Below, piece after piece: positions 19,143-28,020 of a stretch of DNA of 64,000 nucleotides (its first letter is position 1; every line of letters starts with the position of its first letter). The DNA lies in the IMG/VR virus record IMGVR_UViG_3300025816_000007, one strand, 5' to 3'. The stretch comes from an uncultured virus (IMG/VR IMGVR_UViG_3300025816_000007) (lineage: Duplodnaviria; Heunggongvirae; Uroviricota; Caudoviricetes). Both the position numbers and the translations under genes were made by a program. The notes below the pieces were generated by a model. That model did not search any database. It saw only the letters and a program-made list of their open reading frames with translations, and was not told where the DNA came from.

Positions 19143-19778
19143 TTAATACCCCATTTTATCGAACGGCAAACCTCTAATTTGATTTGACTTTCCTTCTTTA
19201 TTAGTACTTCTTTTCCTTGCAATTTCAACAAATTCAACATTCAGTGAACCTGTTGCATCTGTGTTGAAAACTTCAAATCTAATTCTATGTTTGTAATCTG
19301 AATTCCCTCTATATATTGCGATAATTTCATCTGTTTCATCAACAGTTAGAAACCACATACCAAACTGCTCAGGTAAATTCAATTGACCAACAGTGAGTAA
19401 GGTGACTCCAGCAACTGATGTTTGAAGAGCAGGGTCATAAACGGATTCAAAACCGCCCTGGGCATATCCGTCAAGTTGCAAAAACAAAGCAAGTTTTGAT
19501 GGATCGGTGCCTGTTGAGGAAGATGTGTCGGTAGGCAGTTTCCTAGTGACTTTTATCATCACGTAGTTAAGTCTGCCCGATTCGTGGTTGTCAATGATTC
19601 TGACTTTTGTTTTAGCGGCAACGAGGACATTTCTTTTTCTAACTGTAATGTTTCGGTTGTCCTCATTTCTAAACTCTTCTACACCCATGTCTACTGGTGA
19701 AAGCATCAAAATATCATCATCAATTTCCTCGCCTGCAATATCGGTTATTCCGTCTGGTAATATGTTATGGTCTGCCAT
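19143..19778 (-). CDS. Putative beta-sandwich virion protein
   Basis: Beta-strand pattern, in structural operon. Confidence 0.45.
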   Translation of the reverse strand: MADHNILPDGITDIAGEEIDDDILMLSPVDMGVEEFRNEDNRNITVRKRNVLVAAKTKVRIIDNHESGRLNYVMIKVTRKLPTDTSSSTGTDPSKLALFLQLDGYAQGGFESVYDPALQTSVAGVTLLTVGQLNLPEQFGMWFLTVDETDEIIAIYRGNSDYKHRIRFEVFNTDATGSLNVEFVEIARKRSTNKEGKSNQIRGLPFDKMGY

Positions 19779-19780
19779 CT

Positions 19781-21181
19781 TCAAATCCCCCTGTGTCTTC
19801 TACGTGGGTCATCACGTATTTGCTTTGGGTTTGAACCCGCTGTCCCATATAGTTGATTCCTAGATTGTGTCGTAATATTTTCAATCAAATCCTTATAGTC
19901 TTGATAACTCATTTTTCGACCCCTTTGTGATTCAACGGCTGCTTTCCAACCGTTGGCGGGGCCTGTTACTCCATCTGTTTGACTTTTGTATGCTTGAACT
20001 GGGTCTTCAATTATTTTGTAATTGAATTTTCCAGAACGCCTAATCATTTCTTTTACCTCAGCCTCAGATACTTCTTCCAAAACTAATTTCGAACCGACAA
20101 GAAGAATGTGTGGATCTCTCATCTCACCAAGATTGTCTTGCAATAATTGGAATGTTGGCAAAGAACCGTCCGATGATGAAGAATTTGTAATAATTCGGTA
20201 TTTTGGGTTTAGTGATAGAGTTGATGTATCTGATGCAGTCAAAAAGCCTGTCTTATTTACTCCACGTGTCAAACTTCCGCTTGTGATGTCTGACCCTTTG
20301 CTTCTGTCGGTTGCAAATCTCACTACCCCTGCCGGTTGTTCGATTCTTATTTTCGGAGAAATCATTCCTGAAAATCGAGTCATGTTCATGCCATATCCTG
20401 AATCGCCATGTCTAGCTCCACCAAAAGCACCTGCAGTGGCAGCGGCAGTTTCTTGAGAACCATCAAAGTCCCTTTCTGCGTTTGCACTTCTTACGATAAT
20501 AGAACCTAATTGTTGCGTACCATATTGAGTTGAGGTCAGTTCCAATGATTCGGGAGCTAACCCTGCGTCGGTAATATCTCCGTCACGGCCTGTGTATTTT
20601 GGATGTAATGAAATACCAAAAACAAGGTCGTAAACGGTAAGCCCTGATGATGGACTTTCTAGTATGCCAAATGATTTCTTTTCTAAAAGAAGATTGTTGT
20701 TTGTTGAATCTGTGCTAGCCGATGGCACGAATAGCAAGGTAGCATCCGTTTCGTTTGTGAACTGGCTGTTTATGTTTTCATTTGTAGATACTGCAAAGGT
20801 TCCTGATGTGCCAGTAGCGGCATCAGAAGCTACTGTCACTACTTGGACTCTGTTGTTTGAGCCTTGAGCCCCTATGTGTATGTTCACACCTGCAGGTACA
20901 GTGAAACTTGTTGCTTTGATATTACTATCATTTTCTAATATTTTGAAATTTCCCGCAGTCGCACCTGTGCGAGTGAAAGTCCCCGAAATACCCATGTGGA
21001 GCATCAAGGACAACTTTTCGTTAGACTTGACCCTGTAAAGGCCTCCAGAGAGCATCACCAGTTGTCCTGGTTTATGCATTTCGTTAACTTCGAATTTAGT
21101 AGCTACCGGAGCCCTACCAAAAGGAGGTTGTGGTTGCAGTTGGTCTGCGGGTTTAGGTTGCGTTAATTCTTTTATTGCCAA
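19781..21181 (-). CDS. Candidate capsid protein, larger paralog of 21198..21968
   Basis: Shares KPG..L.G..Y.V, G.ISP....PAG..R, KTGF, LP.F, GKF.YKII blocks with the upstream gene. Confidence 0.55.
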   Translation of the reverse strand: MAIKELTQPKPADQLQPQPPFGRAPVATKFEVNEMHKPGQLVMLSGGLYRVKSNEKLSLMLHMGISGTFTRTGATAGNFKILENDSNIKATSFTVPAGVNIHIGAQGSNNRVQVVTVASDAATGTSGTFAVSTNENINSQFTNETDATLLFVPSASTDSTNNNLLLEKKSFGILESPSSGLTVYDLVFGISLHPKYTGRDGDITDAGLAPESLELTSTQYGTQQLGSIIVRSANAERDFDGSQETAAATAGAFGGARHGDSGYGMNMTRFSGMISPKIRIEQPAGVVRFATDRSKGSDITSGSLTRGVNKTGFLTASDTSTLSLNPKYRIITNSSSSDGSLPTFQLLQDNLGEMRDPHILLVGSKLVLEEVSEAEVKEMIRRSGKFNYKIIEDPVQAYKSQTDGVTGPANGWKAAVESQRGRKMSYQDYKDLIENITTQSRNQLYGTAGSNPKQIRDDPRRRHRGI

Positions 21182-21197
21182 TCAAAAAACCCCCTAT

Positions 21198-21968
21198 TCA
21201 GTTGGGGTTGTAATCGGCTGCCATAGAACCTGCGTGCGGTAGTCCTTGTGGTTTGATTATTTTGTACACAAACTTGCCCCCATTAGCATCTCTAGCCTTC
21301 TGAATGTCAATCTTAGACATAGGCTGTAATTTAGCTTTGAACCCCTGTAGATATATTACTGGATTGAAAATTGCTTCTCCGGTTGTATTAACCATGCGGA
21401 ACTGTGGCAATTGTGATTCACCTGATTCTATCCATATTGCAAAATTCGGGTTAGGATCTTCATGTGGACTGACTGTTACATCTATGAATCCTGTCTTATC
21501 GTTTTCTGGAGCTTCATCAGCATGCCATCGTGGAATCCCCGCAGGGTGTTTCAAATATACTCTTGGGCTAATAAGCCCAACCATAGTTCTTGCTGCAGCA
21601 CCAATAGTTTTTGTTCCTGCGGTCAGTGTAACTTCTGTTGTATCATTCGGGAAACCTACCTCGTCATAGCCCCCTGCTCGGTTTATGAATTTAGGTTGTC
21701 CAGATAACGAAGGAACAAGGCAATATAGGTGATTTCTAAATGGTTCTAAATCTTCATCTTCAAAGTATCCAGAATCAAATCCTTTTGATATCTCTGTCCC
21801 AGCCGTGTTACCATTAGCAGTTACTACAAGCTCGAATGTGAGCCCTTCAACTGCGTCTACGAGATAGAATTGCCCTCGTAGCTGGATAACGTGTCCAGGT
21901 TTCAATGTGTTCGTCAACGGGTTATACCCTCTTACTGTCGGTGTTCTTCCAAAATTTACTCTTGCCAT
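21198..21968 (-). CDS. Candidate (jelly-roll) capsid protein
   Basis: Beta-rich; paralog of 19781..21181; strong SD. Confidence 0.55.
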   Translation of the reverse strand: MARVNFGRTPTVRGYNPLTNTLKPGHVIQLRGQFYLVDAVEGLTFELVVTANGNTAGTEISKGFDSGYFEDEDLEPFRNHLYCLVPSLSGQPKFINRAGGYDEVGFPNDTTEVTLTAGTKTIGAAARTMVGLISPRVYLKHPAGIPRWHADEAPENDKTGFIDVTVSPHEDPNPNFAIWIESGESQLPQFRMVNTTGEAIFNPVIYLQGFKAKLQPMSKIDIQKARDANGGKFVYKIIKPQGLPHAGSMAADYNPN

Positions 21969-22013
21969 ATCATCATCTCCCCCTTATGTGTGTAAAATAG
22001 GGAATTTATCATC

Positions 22014-22250
22014 TTAAATCGTTGAACCTCCTAAGTCCAAAACTTTACTTTGAATATACCGAAGGATGTCTCCTCCATACATAACTGCAAGAACTGTTGC
22101 TGTTAATCCGCCAATCATTGCCCCTTGTGAGAATGGAGCAATGATGTGCCCAGTAGCGCCAAGACGCTCTCCACGCAACGGAGTCATGTTAGAATTGCCG
22201 GCTAATACCTTTTCTAAGGTGCTTGTTTTCATATCCAAGCCCCCCATCAC
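22014..22250 (-). CDS. Small membrane protein
   Basis: RLGATG motif and one TM helix. Confidence 0.6.
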   Translation of the reverse strand: MMGGLDMKTSTLEKVLAGNSNMTPLRGERLGATGHIIAPFSQGAMIGGLTATVLAVMYGGDILRYIQSKVLDLGGSTI

Positions 22251-22534
22251 GATATCATTTGCTTTGCCTTTTTACTGACTTTATCGAAGAATTTGTATTC
22301 CTGGGCTATGTAAAATATCCCAAGGAGTCCCATTCCAGTGATAACCATTGTTGCGATTTCCTGATTTCTGGCGTTAGATCCATGATTGCTTCCTAAGCCA
22401 CGTGTACCTCGGAGAGCATCACTATTACCGTAGTTAGCAAAGTAGCCAGTACGACCACCTGCATAACCAAGTTTTGTGCCTCTCCAGCCGTCTCCCAAAA
22501 AAACCACCTTAGTTAGTTGGTTGAATGAAAGCAA
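22247..22534 (-). CDS. Small membrane protein (true start probably TTG near 22498)
   Basis: KLGYAGG and GLGSN motifs; one TM helix. Confidence 0.55.
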   Translation of the reverse strand: MLSFNQLTKVVFLGDGWRGTKLGYAGGRTGYFANYGNSDALRGTRGLGSNHGSNARNQEIATMVITGMGLLGIFYIAQEYKFFDKVSKKAKQMIS

Positions 22535-23063
22535 TCACGTTGAAGAACAGGCTGGTTGTTCCGCCAGTGAAGTCGCCAAGGCCTGCGCTGCCATCTGGTA
22601 CGACAGCCGGGTGGCCTACTGAGAAGGTAAGCGAATTGCCTGAGATCGAGTGTACTGCTGTTGCACAAGCAGCGTCTACTGCAGATCCACCGCCTAAGTC
22701 TGCACCGCAGTTTACGGTTCCACCTATGACTGTGATGTTCTGGTTAGCATCTGCTCCCATGGTCGCAAAAGTAGTACCGATGTCACCGAAGGACAAGATG
22801 TAAGTTGCGTGAATGTCTGCTGTTGCGCTACCTGCTGTTTGCTTCAATGTAAACCCGCCACCTTGAGTGACCGTCAAGTCTGCTGTTGCGGCGCCTGTGC
22901 CTACTGCAGTCGAAACTGTCCCATCTGCGTCTACTGTATAACCTACATCGGTTTGGGCTTGGAATTCCAAGTTAAATTGTAGTACTGCGATTCTAGCTGC
23001 GTTTCCACCAGGAGCGTTGTCTAAACCGCCCAGTGTAAAGCCATCTGTATTATCTAGTGCCAT
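22509..23063 (-). CDS. Virion protein, FTxGG family paralog 1
   Basis: MALDNTDGFTLGGL; beta-rich; SD AGGTGA. Confidence 0.6.
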   Translation of the reverse strand: MALDNTDGFTLGGLDNAPGGNAARIAVLQFNLEFQAQTDVGYTVDADGTVSTAVGTGAATADLTVTQGGGFTLKQTAGSATADIHATYILSFGDIGTTFATMGADANQNITVIGGTVNCGADLGGGSAVDAACATAVHSISGNSLTFSVGHPAVVPDGSAGLGDFTGGTTSLFFNVIAFIQPTN

Positions 23064-23102
23064 ATCATTTCACCTCATTAATTGTAAGTTCCCAGTTGGG
23101 CC

Positions 23103-23729
23103 TCAAGAAAGCTCCGATGTTGAGAAAGTCTGTTGAATTAAAGCATGGTGTTGAGCAACTACTAGTCCAAGGATTCTTAGAGATTCGCCTTGTAGAGTTC
23201 CAGTACCGTCTGTTCCTACAGTGGTTCTTAGAGACCAGTCTAGACTTTTCTCCGGTTCGATGACCAGGGGCTCACTCATATAACATAGTGGCTCTTCCAA
23301 GATACTTAGAATCAAGTGAGAATGGACTGGAGTAGTAATTCCAGCAATTCTGAATTGGTTTTCTGTTGTTCTGATAGGAGAAGTGTTGTATTGTAGCCCA
23401 GTGAACATGTAGTAAGCTTCTTCGATTGTCTTAATTGAAATTGCTTTGTCAATCCAGCCGCCACCTAGAGTGGAGGATGCTGCACCGCCAGCTTGTCCAG
23501 AGTTGGTTGTTCCATCAGTTCCGTCAGCAGGTACGATCCATCGGCCTTCTGTGTCAAGTAGTCCCATGTGGTCTGCTCTCAAGCTACCCATTCCGTACTC
23601 GCCCTTAGCGTGTACCCCTCTGTTTTGAGAGCCCCAATTGGGAAAGGCGAAAGATATGAATCCTTCGATTGAGCTAATATATTCGTTAATCAAGTTTTGT
23701 GGTCTGTCCCAGTATACTGTCCATTGCAT
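23103..23729 (-). CDS. Candidate single-jelly-roll major capsid protein
   Basis: First gene of the structural operon; perfect AGGTGA SD before ATG 23729; about 208 aa with beta-rich C-terminal half (EPLVIEPEKSL...LRILGLVV). Confidence 0.5.
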   Translation of the reverse strand: MQWTVYWDRPQNLINEYISSIEGFISFAFPNWGSQNRGVHAKGEYGMGSLRADHMGLLDTEGRWIVPADGTDGTTNSGQAGGAASSTLGGGWIDKAISIKTIEEAYYMFTGLQYNTSPIRTTENQFRIAGITTPVHSHLILSILEEPLCYMSEPLVIEPEKSLDWSLRTTVGTDGTGTLQGESLRILGLVVAQHHALIQQTFSTSELS

Positions 23730-23910
23730 TTTTTTCACCTATTTTTTTATTGATATGCAGTTTGTGGCTGCTTATGTTCTGCTCATACCGGTAGGGGTTA
23801 TAATAGAGCGTGTGCCTTTAGTCCACAAAAGGCTACAAGGCGTACACAAATGACCCCCTGTAATGATTGAACCGATGTAGTTTTGTCGAATTTTAATAAT
23901 CGGTTGAATG

Positions 23911-23918
23911 ATAGGGAC
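23911..23918 (+). promoter_or_regulatory. ATAGGGAC motif, 20 nt before ATG
   Basis: Shares GGGACGAAACGC with the 8561 site. Confidence 0.6.
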
Positions 23919-23938
23919 GAAACGCTTCCACCAGTTTG

Positions 23939-24166
23939 ATGAGCGACAATAAGGGCGGTAAGACTGTGAAAGTAAGGCTTTCTGCAGAACAGTTGTCCAG
24001 ATTAGAAGCTTATGCTGAACGCATGGCTTACAACGGACTATCAACTGTTTTGCGTGCACTGGCATTCGAGAATTTGAATAATAAAGAATCAGAACACACC
24101 GAGGAAATCAAAAGAAAGAAACTTGCACAAGACAGTTTACGACGACAGTTAGGTGGAAGTCAATGA
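23939..24166 (+). CDS. RHH (CopG-like) transcriptional regulator
   Basis: TVKVRLSAEQLSRLEAYAE...LSTVLRALA. Confidence 0.8.
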   Translation: MSDNKGGKTVKVRLSAEQLSRLEAYAERMAYNGLSTVLRALAFENLNNKESEHTEEIKRKKLAQDSLRRQLGGSQ

Positions 24167-24600
24167 AACGATGTAAGACATGCTCTAACATCTGCAGGTT
24201 AGATGCGAAAGAATGTCCTGAATGCGACGGGACAGTATTCGACCCACTTACGATAGATAATGAAAAAAAACCCATTTACGAAGTAAGTGTATTTAGAGAC
24301 ATTGATGCCCTACCTGGCAACAAGGATTATGAAAAATTTCAGAAGTGGCAAATAGAAGTCATTGACAAAATGACCGAATACAAAGAATACTTCAACAATG
24401 CATCTGTTGAAGTGGCTAAAGTTGAAGAAGATGGATTAGCGATCTCTTACGGCCACGTAAGAATTACGTGGAAGTTTCCGTATGATGCTTGGTTATTATC
24501 GTTTCAGTTAGCTCAGAATCTCTTCCCAATGCTGGATACAGACTTCTTACAAGGTTGTGAGTTGGAACATTTCTTGAATGTTTATCCAGAAGAAGATTAG
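24163..24600 (+). CDS. Zn-ribbon protein
   Basis: CKTC...CPEC at the N-terminus. Confidence 0.65.
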   Translation: MKRCKTCSNICRLDAKECPECDGTVFDPLTIDNEKKPIYEVSVFRDIDALPGNKDYEKFQKWQIEVIDKMTEYKEYFNNASVEVAKVEEDGLAISYGHVRITWKFPYDAWLLSFQLAQNLFPMLDTDFLQGCELEHFLNVYPEED

Positions 24601-25280
24601 ATTTTCCTCGATAGTTGCAGTTTCACAGATGGGATTGCACTTGAGAAAGCCATTAATCCAGCTCCGGCAGCCATTTGTTTCGGATTGTTGTCTTTTGCAC
24701 CTATCAAAACAGATGAGCCCCCCGCCCACCACGCACTTGTCTTTACAGGTTGTGTAATTAACGCATGTGCAAGTTTTTCCGATTCACTTTTGTTACTTGT
24801 TTTCAGTTTCTTATTGTTGACTAGCATATATGCAGGGACACTCAAAAGTAAGCCTCCTCCTAACAATATTGCAGTAAATTTCACAACTTCAATCGCTACG
24901 AATTGTATGTTATCAGTATTTCCAATCATCTGAACCCTACGTGTAGATCCAAGCTTCCTGGCATGAAGTTCGTTGTGCAAGGTTTTGACTCTACCTTTGA
25001 ACCAAGACATGTCCTGGTAAGTCGGCTCATTGTTAGGAGCTAAGTTCTTTGGCTTTGGTGCAAAACCTAAGTTTCTGAGTTTGTCCGCTTGGCCCTTATG
25101 CATCTTAGATGCCGCATTTAGTTGCTTAGATACTTGATTTAACACATTCTTTTCGTTTGAAGTCAATCCCATCTGTGAAACTCTTGAAGAACCAAGGTTA
25201 TATTCTGTACCATGTACAGCACAATGAGGATTTACTTTCAATGTTCCAAGCATGGTTTTGGCGCAGTGACAGTGTGGCAT
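24597..25280 (-). CDS. Membrane protein with LG-delimited N-terminal modules
   Basis: MLGT, NLGSS, QMG, NLGF, KLGST repeats followed by TM segments. Confidence 0.65.
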   Translation of the reverse strand: MPHCHCAKTMLGTLKVNPHCAVHGTEYNLGSSRVSQMGLTSNEKNVLNQVSKQLNAASKMHKGQADKLRNLGFAPKPKNLAPNNEPTYQDMSWFKGRVKTLHNELHARKLGSTRRVQMIGNTDNIQFVAIEVVKFTAILLGGGLLLSVPAYMLVNNKKLKTSNKSESEKLAHALITQPVKTSAWWAGGSSVLIGAKDNNPKQMAAGAGLMAFSSAIPSVKLQLSRKI

Positions 25281-25292
25281 ATCATTTTCTCC

Positions 25293-25358
25293 TTACATAG
25301 CAAATAGTAGTCCTAGCCAAAGAAAACCTATGGCAACGCCAACTGTGTCTCGATTCAT
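25293..25358 (-). CDS. 21-aa hydrophobic micropeptide
   Basis: MNRDTVGVAIGFLWLGLLFAM; ATGA-coupled to the upstream stop. Confidence 0.5.
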   Translation of the reverse strand: MNRDTVGVAIGFLWLGLLFAM

Positions 25359-25939
25359 ATCTTCAACCTCTTAGCTATCGCAATAATGTCGAAATTAATC
25401 ATAGCAAATTCGTTAAAGGCTATTTGAGTGCCCCCCTCCGGCTCATAGGGCACGCCAATAGCAATTTTCAGATGATTTCCATCAATAGACTTCAATCCGA
25501 CAGGCGCTGGGGCCGAGTTATCAGGAGGGGCAATGCCGTGGGTAAGGACACGCTGACCGGCGTCACCTATAGACCAACCAACATTCGCAAAGGCCCCAAT
25601 TATTTGTAGGCCACCTGGCTGATGTGCGCGAATTATTCCGTCGCCAAATGCAATACATAAAACAAGGCCTGCCCCCTCAATAGTTGTAGTTCCTGTACCG
25701 TCTACATCTATGGATTCAGTTGTTATCAACCCAGCTCCAAAATCTAAATCAATGTCATCAACAGTTGCGGTGCTCCCAGCTAATACTGTTACCACCCCGT
25801 CTCCATCTACTTTGTACTCGCTTTCGTGACCTGCATCGATATTAATCATCCTCCCTCGCATTGCTACAAGAACTGTTCCATCCCCCCCGCCCCCGGTAAG
25901 GCCGCCTATGGTAAATGCATCTGAAAAACTCTGTGCCAT
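25355..25939 (-). CDS. Virion protein, FTxGG family paralog 2
   Basis: DAFTIGGL N-terminus; PYEPEGGTQI near the C-terminus. Confidence 0.65.
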   Translation of the reverse strand: MAQSFSDAFTIGGLTGGGGDGTVLVAMRGRMINIDAGHESEYKVDGDGVVTVLAGSTATVDDIDLDFGAGLITTESIDVDGTGTTTIEGAGLVLCIAFGDGIIRAHQPGGLQIIGAFANVGWSIGDAGQRVLTHGIAPPDNSAPAPVGLKSIDGNHLKIAIGVPYEPEGGTQIAFNEFAMINFDIIAIAKRLKI

Positions 25940-26845
25940 TCAAATTCCTCCATTGTCTGCAACTGCCATTATACAAAATTTGAGAACGGTATTTTCTGTA
26001 ATTTCTTCTTGAGCTCCACCTTCTTGCTCATAGGGTAAACTGATATGAAAAATTGCCGTGTTACCCGCAACTCTATGACAAGCACCGAAAGCCACTCGGT
26101 CAACTTGGGTCGCTTTAGTTGCAACAGAAGAGGCTGGGTCAATAACCATCATACCTGCAGCAGTCATGTCAAATCCAAAAGAACCTACTGCAGTAACTAA
26201 ATTTAAACTATCTGTTAGATCAACTTCACTACCGAAAGTAAATTCCATTGACAATCCAGTTCCCATCCTGTTTATCCGTTCATGGTCTTCAAATTGACCC
26301 GATGGCGCTGCCGTTTGGTCGTCGACACCATAAATGCTAATTCTTCCAGCCCCCACATTCATGAAGAGGTTTTGTAAACCGGATTCTAAGCCGCCCCCGT
26401 GTCCCGAAACTTCGGTCACTACACCGTCAGGACTAATGTCATAAACTGTAGCGACAGAAATTTCTGCGTTGTTGGATGCTGTAGGTGTCCTAGCAGGCAC
26501 CACTAAAGGGTCAGGATATGTTTGCCCAAAGCCGGCACCTATGGTAATATCTTCGTGACCGCTTACGGGGGTGATGGCCGTCACTGTACCAAGTTCTTCA
26601 AAGCGAAATGTCAAAAAGCCGGATTGAAATATACGGTCTCCGACAGAAATTTTAGAACTTGCCGATACACCGTCTGTCCTTATTACAGTACCACTAACAA
26701 CAGAACCGTCAACCAGAACACCAGTCGGAGCAGATTGTGTCAAATTTTTAACTTCGCCTTGCATCATAACGATTTTTCTTCTGGAATTCTTGGCTATTGG
26801 CAGTAGCCCGCCCCCAAGTGAACCTTCCATTGTGTCAAGTGCCAT
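25940..26845 (-). CDS. Virion protein, FTxGG family paralog 3 with inserted domain
   Basis: MALDTMEGSLGGG; YDISPDGVVT; PYEQEGGAQE. Confidence 0.65.
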   Translation of the reverse strand: MALDTMEGSLGGGLLPIAKNSRRKIVMMQGEVKNLTQSAPTGVLVDGSVVSGTVIRTDGVSASSKISVGDRIFQSGFLTFRFEELGTVTAITPVSGHEDITIGAGFGQTYPDPLVVPARTPTASNNAEISVATVYDISPDGVVTEVSGHGGGLESGLQNLFMNVGAGRISIYGVDDQTAAPSGQFEDHERINRMGTGLSMEFTFGSEVDLTDSLNLVTAVGSFGFDMTAAGMMVIDPASSVATKATQVDRVAFGACHRVAGNTAIFHISLPYEQEGGAQEEITENTVLKFCIMAVADNGGI

Positions 26846-26856
26846 TTAGTGACACC

Positions 26857-28005
26857 TCACAAAGTATATTTGCTTAAATTGGTATATCCATTTTGATGCA
26901 GTTCGTTGTGATTCTGCTGTGTCATATCATTGGAGTATTTTCCTCTGGAGCCCCTGCCCCATACATTTCCGTCAAACATAGTGTGGTGGTTGTGTGGTGT
27001 ATTCCAAGCTGTGAATTTGTGCTTCGCAGATGTAGTGTTATTTCCTCTTTCCCATTGATTTTGTGATACTTGATTGACGATGGGGTTAGCTAATTGTGCG
27101 TTAAGGCCATTACCTGCCGCTGGATTATTCGCTGGATTATTCACTGGATTATTCACTGGATTATTCGCTGGATTATTCGCTGGATTATTCGCTGGATTCG
27201 CTGGATTCACAGAAACCGGAGCCACGTTGTTAGGTAGGAGTGGCCTGTTAGTCTTGAAATTCATGTAGTTGAAGTTATTGTCAATACCTGACGGAATATT
27301 TACTCTGTGGGTCTTACTCCAACTAGAGGGATTTCGACCTGCGACCCAACTGCCGTATCTTGGACTGAATAGTTTGAAGAATCTGTCAGTTAGGCCAGGC
27401 CTTACTGATGGATCGCTTAGGTCTCCTCTGATGACTTCATTCATTGCACGTATGTTGCTTGGCCTGTTGAAGTAAGGACCCTGGCCGGTGTAAATCGCTG
27501 CTGGCAAGTCTGCATCAAACAAAGCTTGGAAACGCTTTCCAACATGACCTTTGCTTAATCCAGTTAGTAATCTTCCAGTTGCAAATGCTGTTGAGCCTGC
27601 AATCATGATTTTTTTCTCATCTTTGAATCTTGAAAAGAAATTAGGAACTACAGTCTTGCCAAATTTAGAATCTAGGAATTTAATAGCAAGTCCGGTTGAA
27701 CCTACAATCAAACCTGTTTGTGTGACTAAACCTAAGTCTGTGTTAGTTAACCATGCATCAGTCTTGTAAGTAGCGTCCGGCAATAGTGTTTGACCTATAC
27801 CTTTTGCAACGGTGTATGTAGTGGCGTAAGCTAGTCCAGTTGCAGTTAGAGCAAATCCGGCCTTAGTGTAGGGTTTCAAGGATTTCAGAGTTGCATTTTT
27901 TTTAAGTTGAGACTTTAATTTGCCGCCTGAAGACTTGAGTTTGCTCCTTGTCTTTGAAAGAAATTTCGCTTTCCTTCGGCCTTTCCTAGACTTCTTACGT
28001 GCCAC
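26857..28005 (-). CDS. Protein with basic N-terminus, membrane segments and NNP repeats
   Basis: MARKKSRKGRRK; hydrophobic segments; (NNPA/V)n. Confidence 0.65.
   Translation of the reverse strand: MARKKSRKGRRKAKFLSKTRSKLKSSGGKLKSQLKKNATLKSLKPYTKAGFALTATGLAYATTYTVAKGIGQTLLPDATYKTDAWLTNTDLGLVTQTGLIVGSTGLAIKFLDSKFGKTVVPNFFSRFKDEKKIMIAGSTAFATGRLLTGLSKGHVGKRFQALFDADLPAAIYTGQGPYFNRPSNIRAMNEVIRGDLSDPSVRPGLTDRFFKLFSPRYGSWVAGRNPSSWSKTHRVNIPSGIDNNFNYMNFKTNRPLLPNNVAPVSVNPANPANNPANNPANNPVNNPVNNPANNPAAGNGLNAQLANPIVNQVSQNQWERGNNTTSAKHKFTAWNTPHNHHTMFDGNVWGRGSRGKYSNDMTQQNHNELHQNGYTNLSKYTL
27121..27210. repeat. 12-bp coding tandem repeat (NNPA/NNPV)
   Basis: TGGATTATTC(G/A)C units. Confidence 0.9.
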
Positions 28006-28020
28006 TTAGAAACCCCCTAT

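Noticed and set aside
23772..24065. Minus-strand 97-aa ORF
   Set aside because: Antisense to a convincing RHH gene and spans the divergent promoter region
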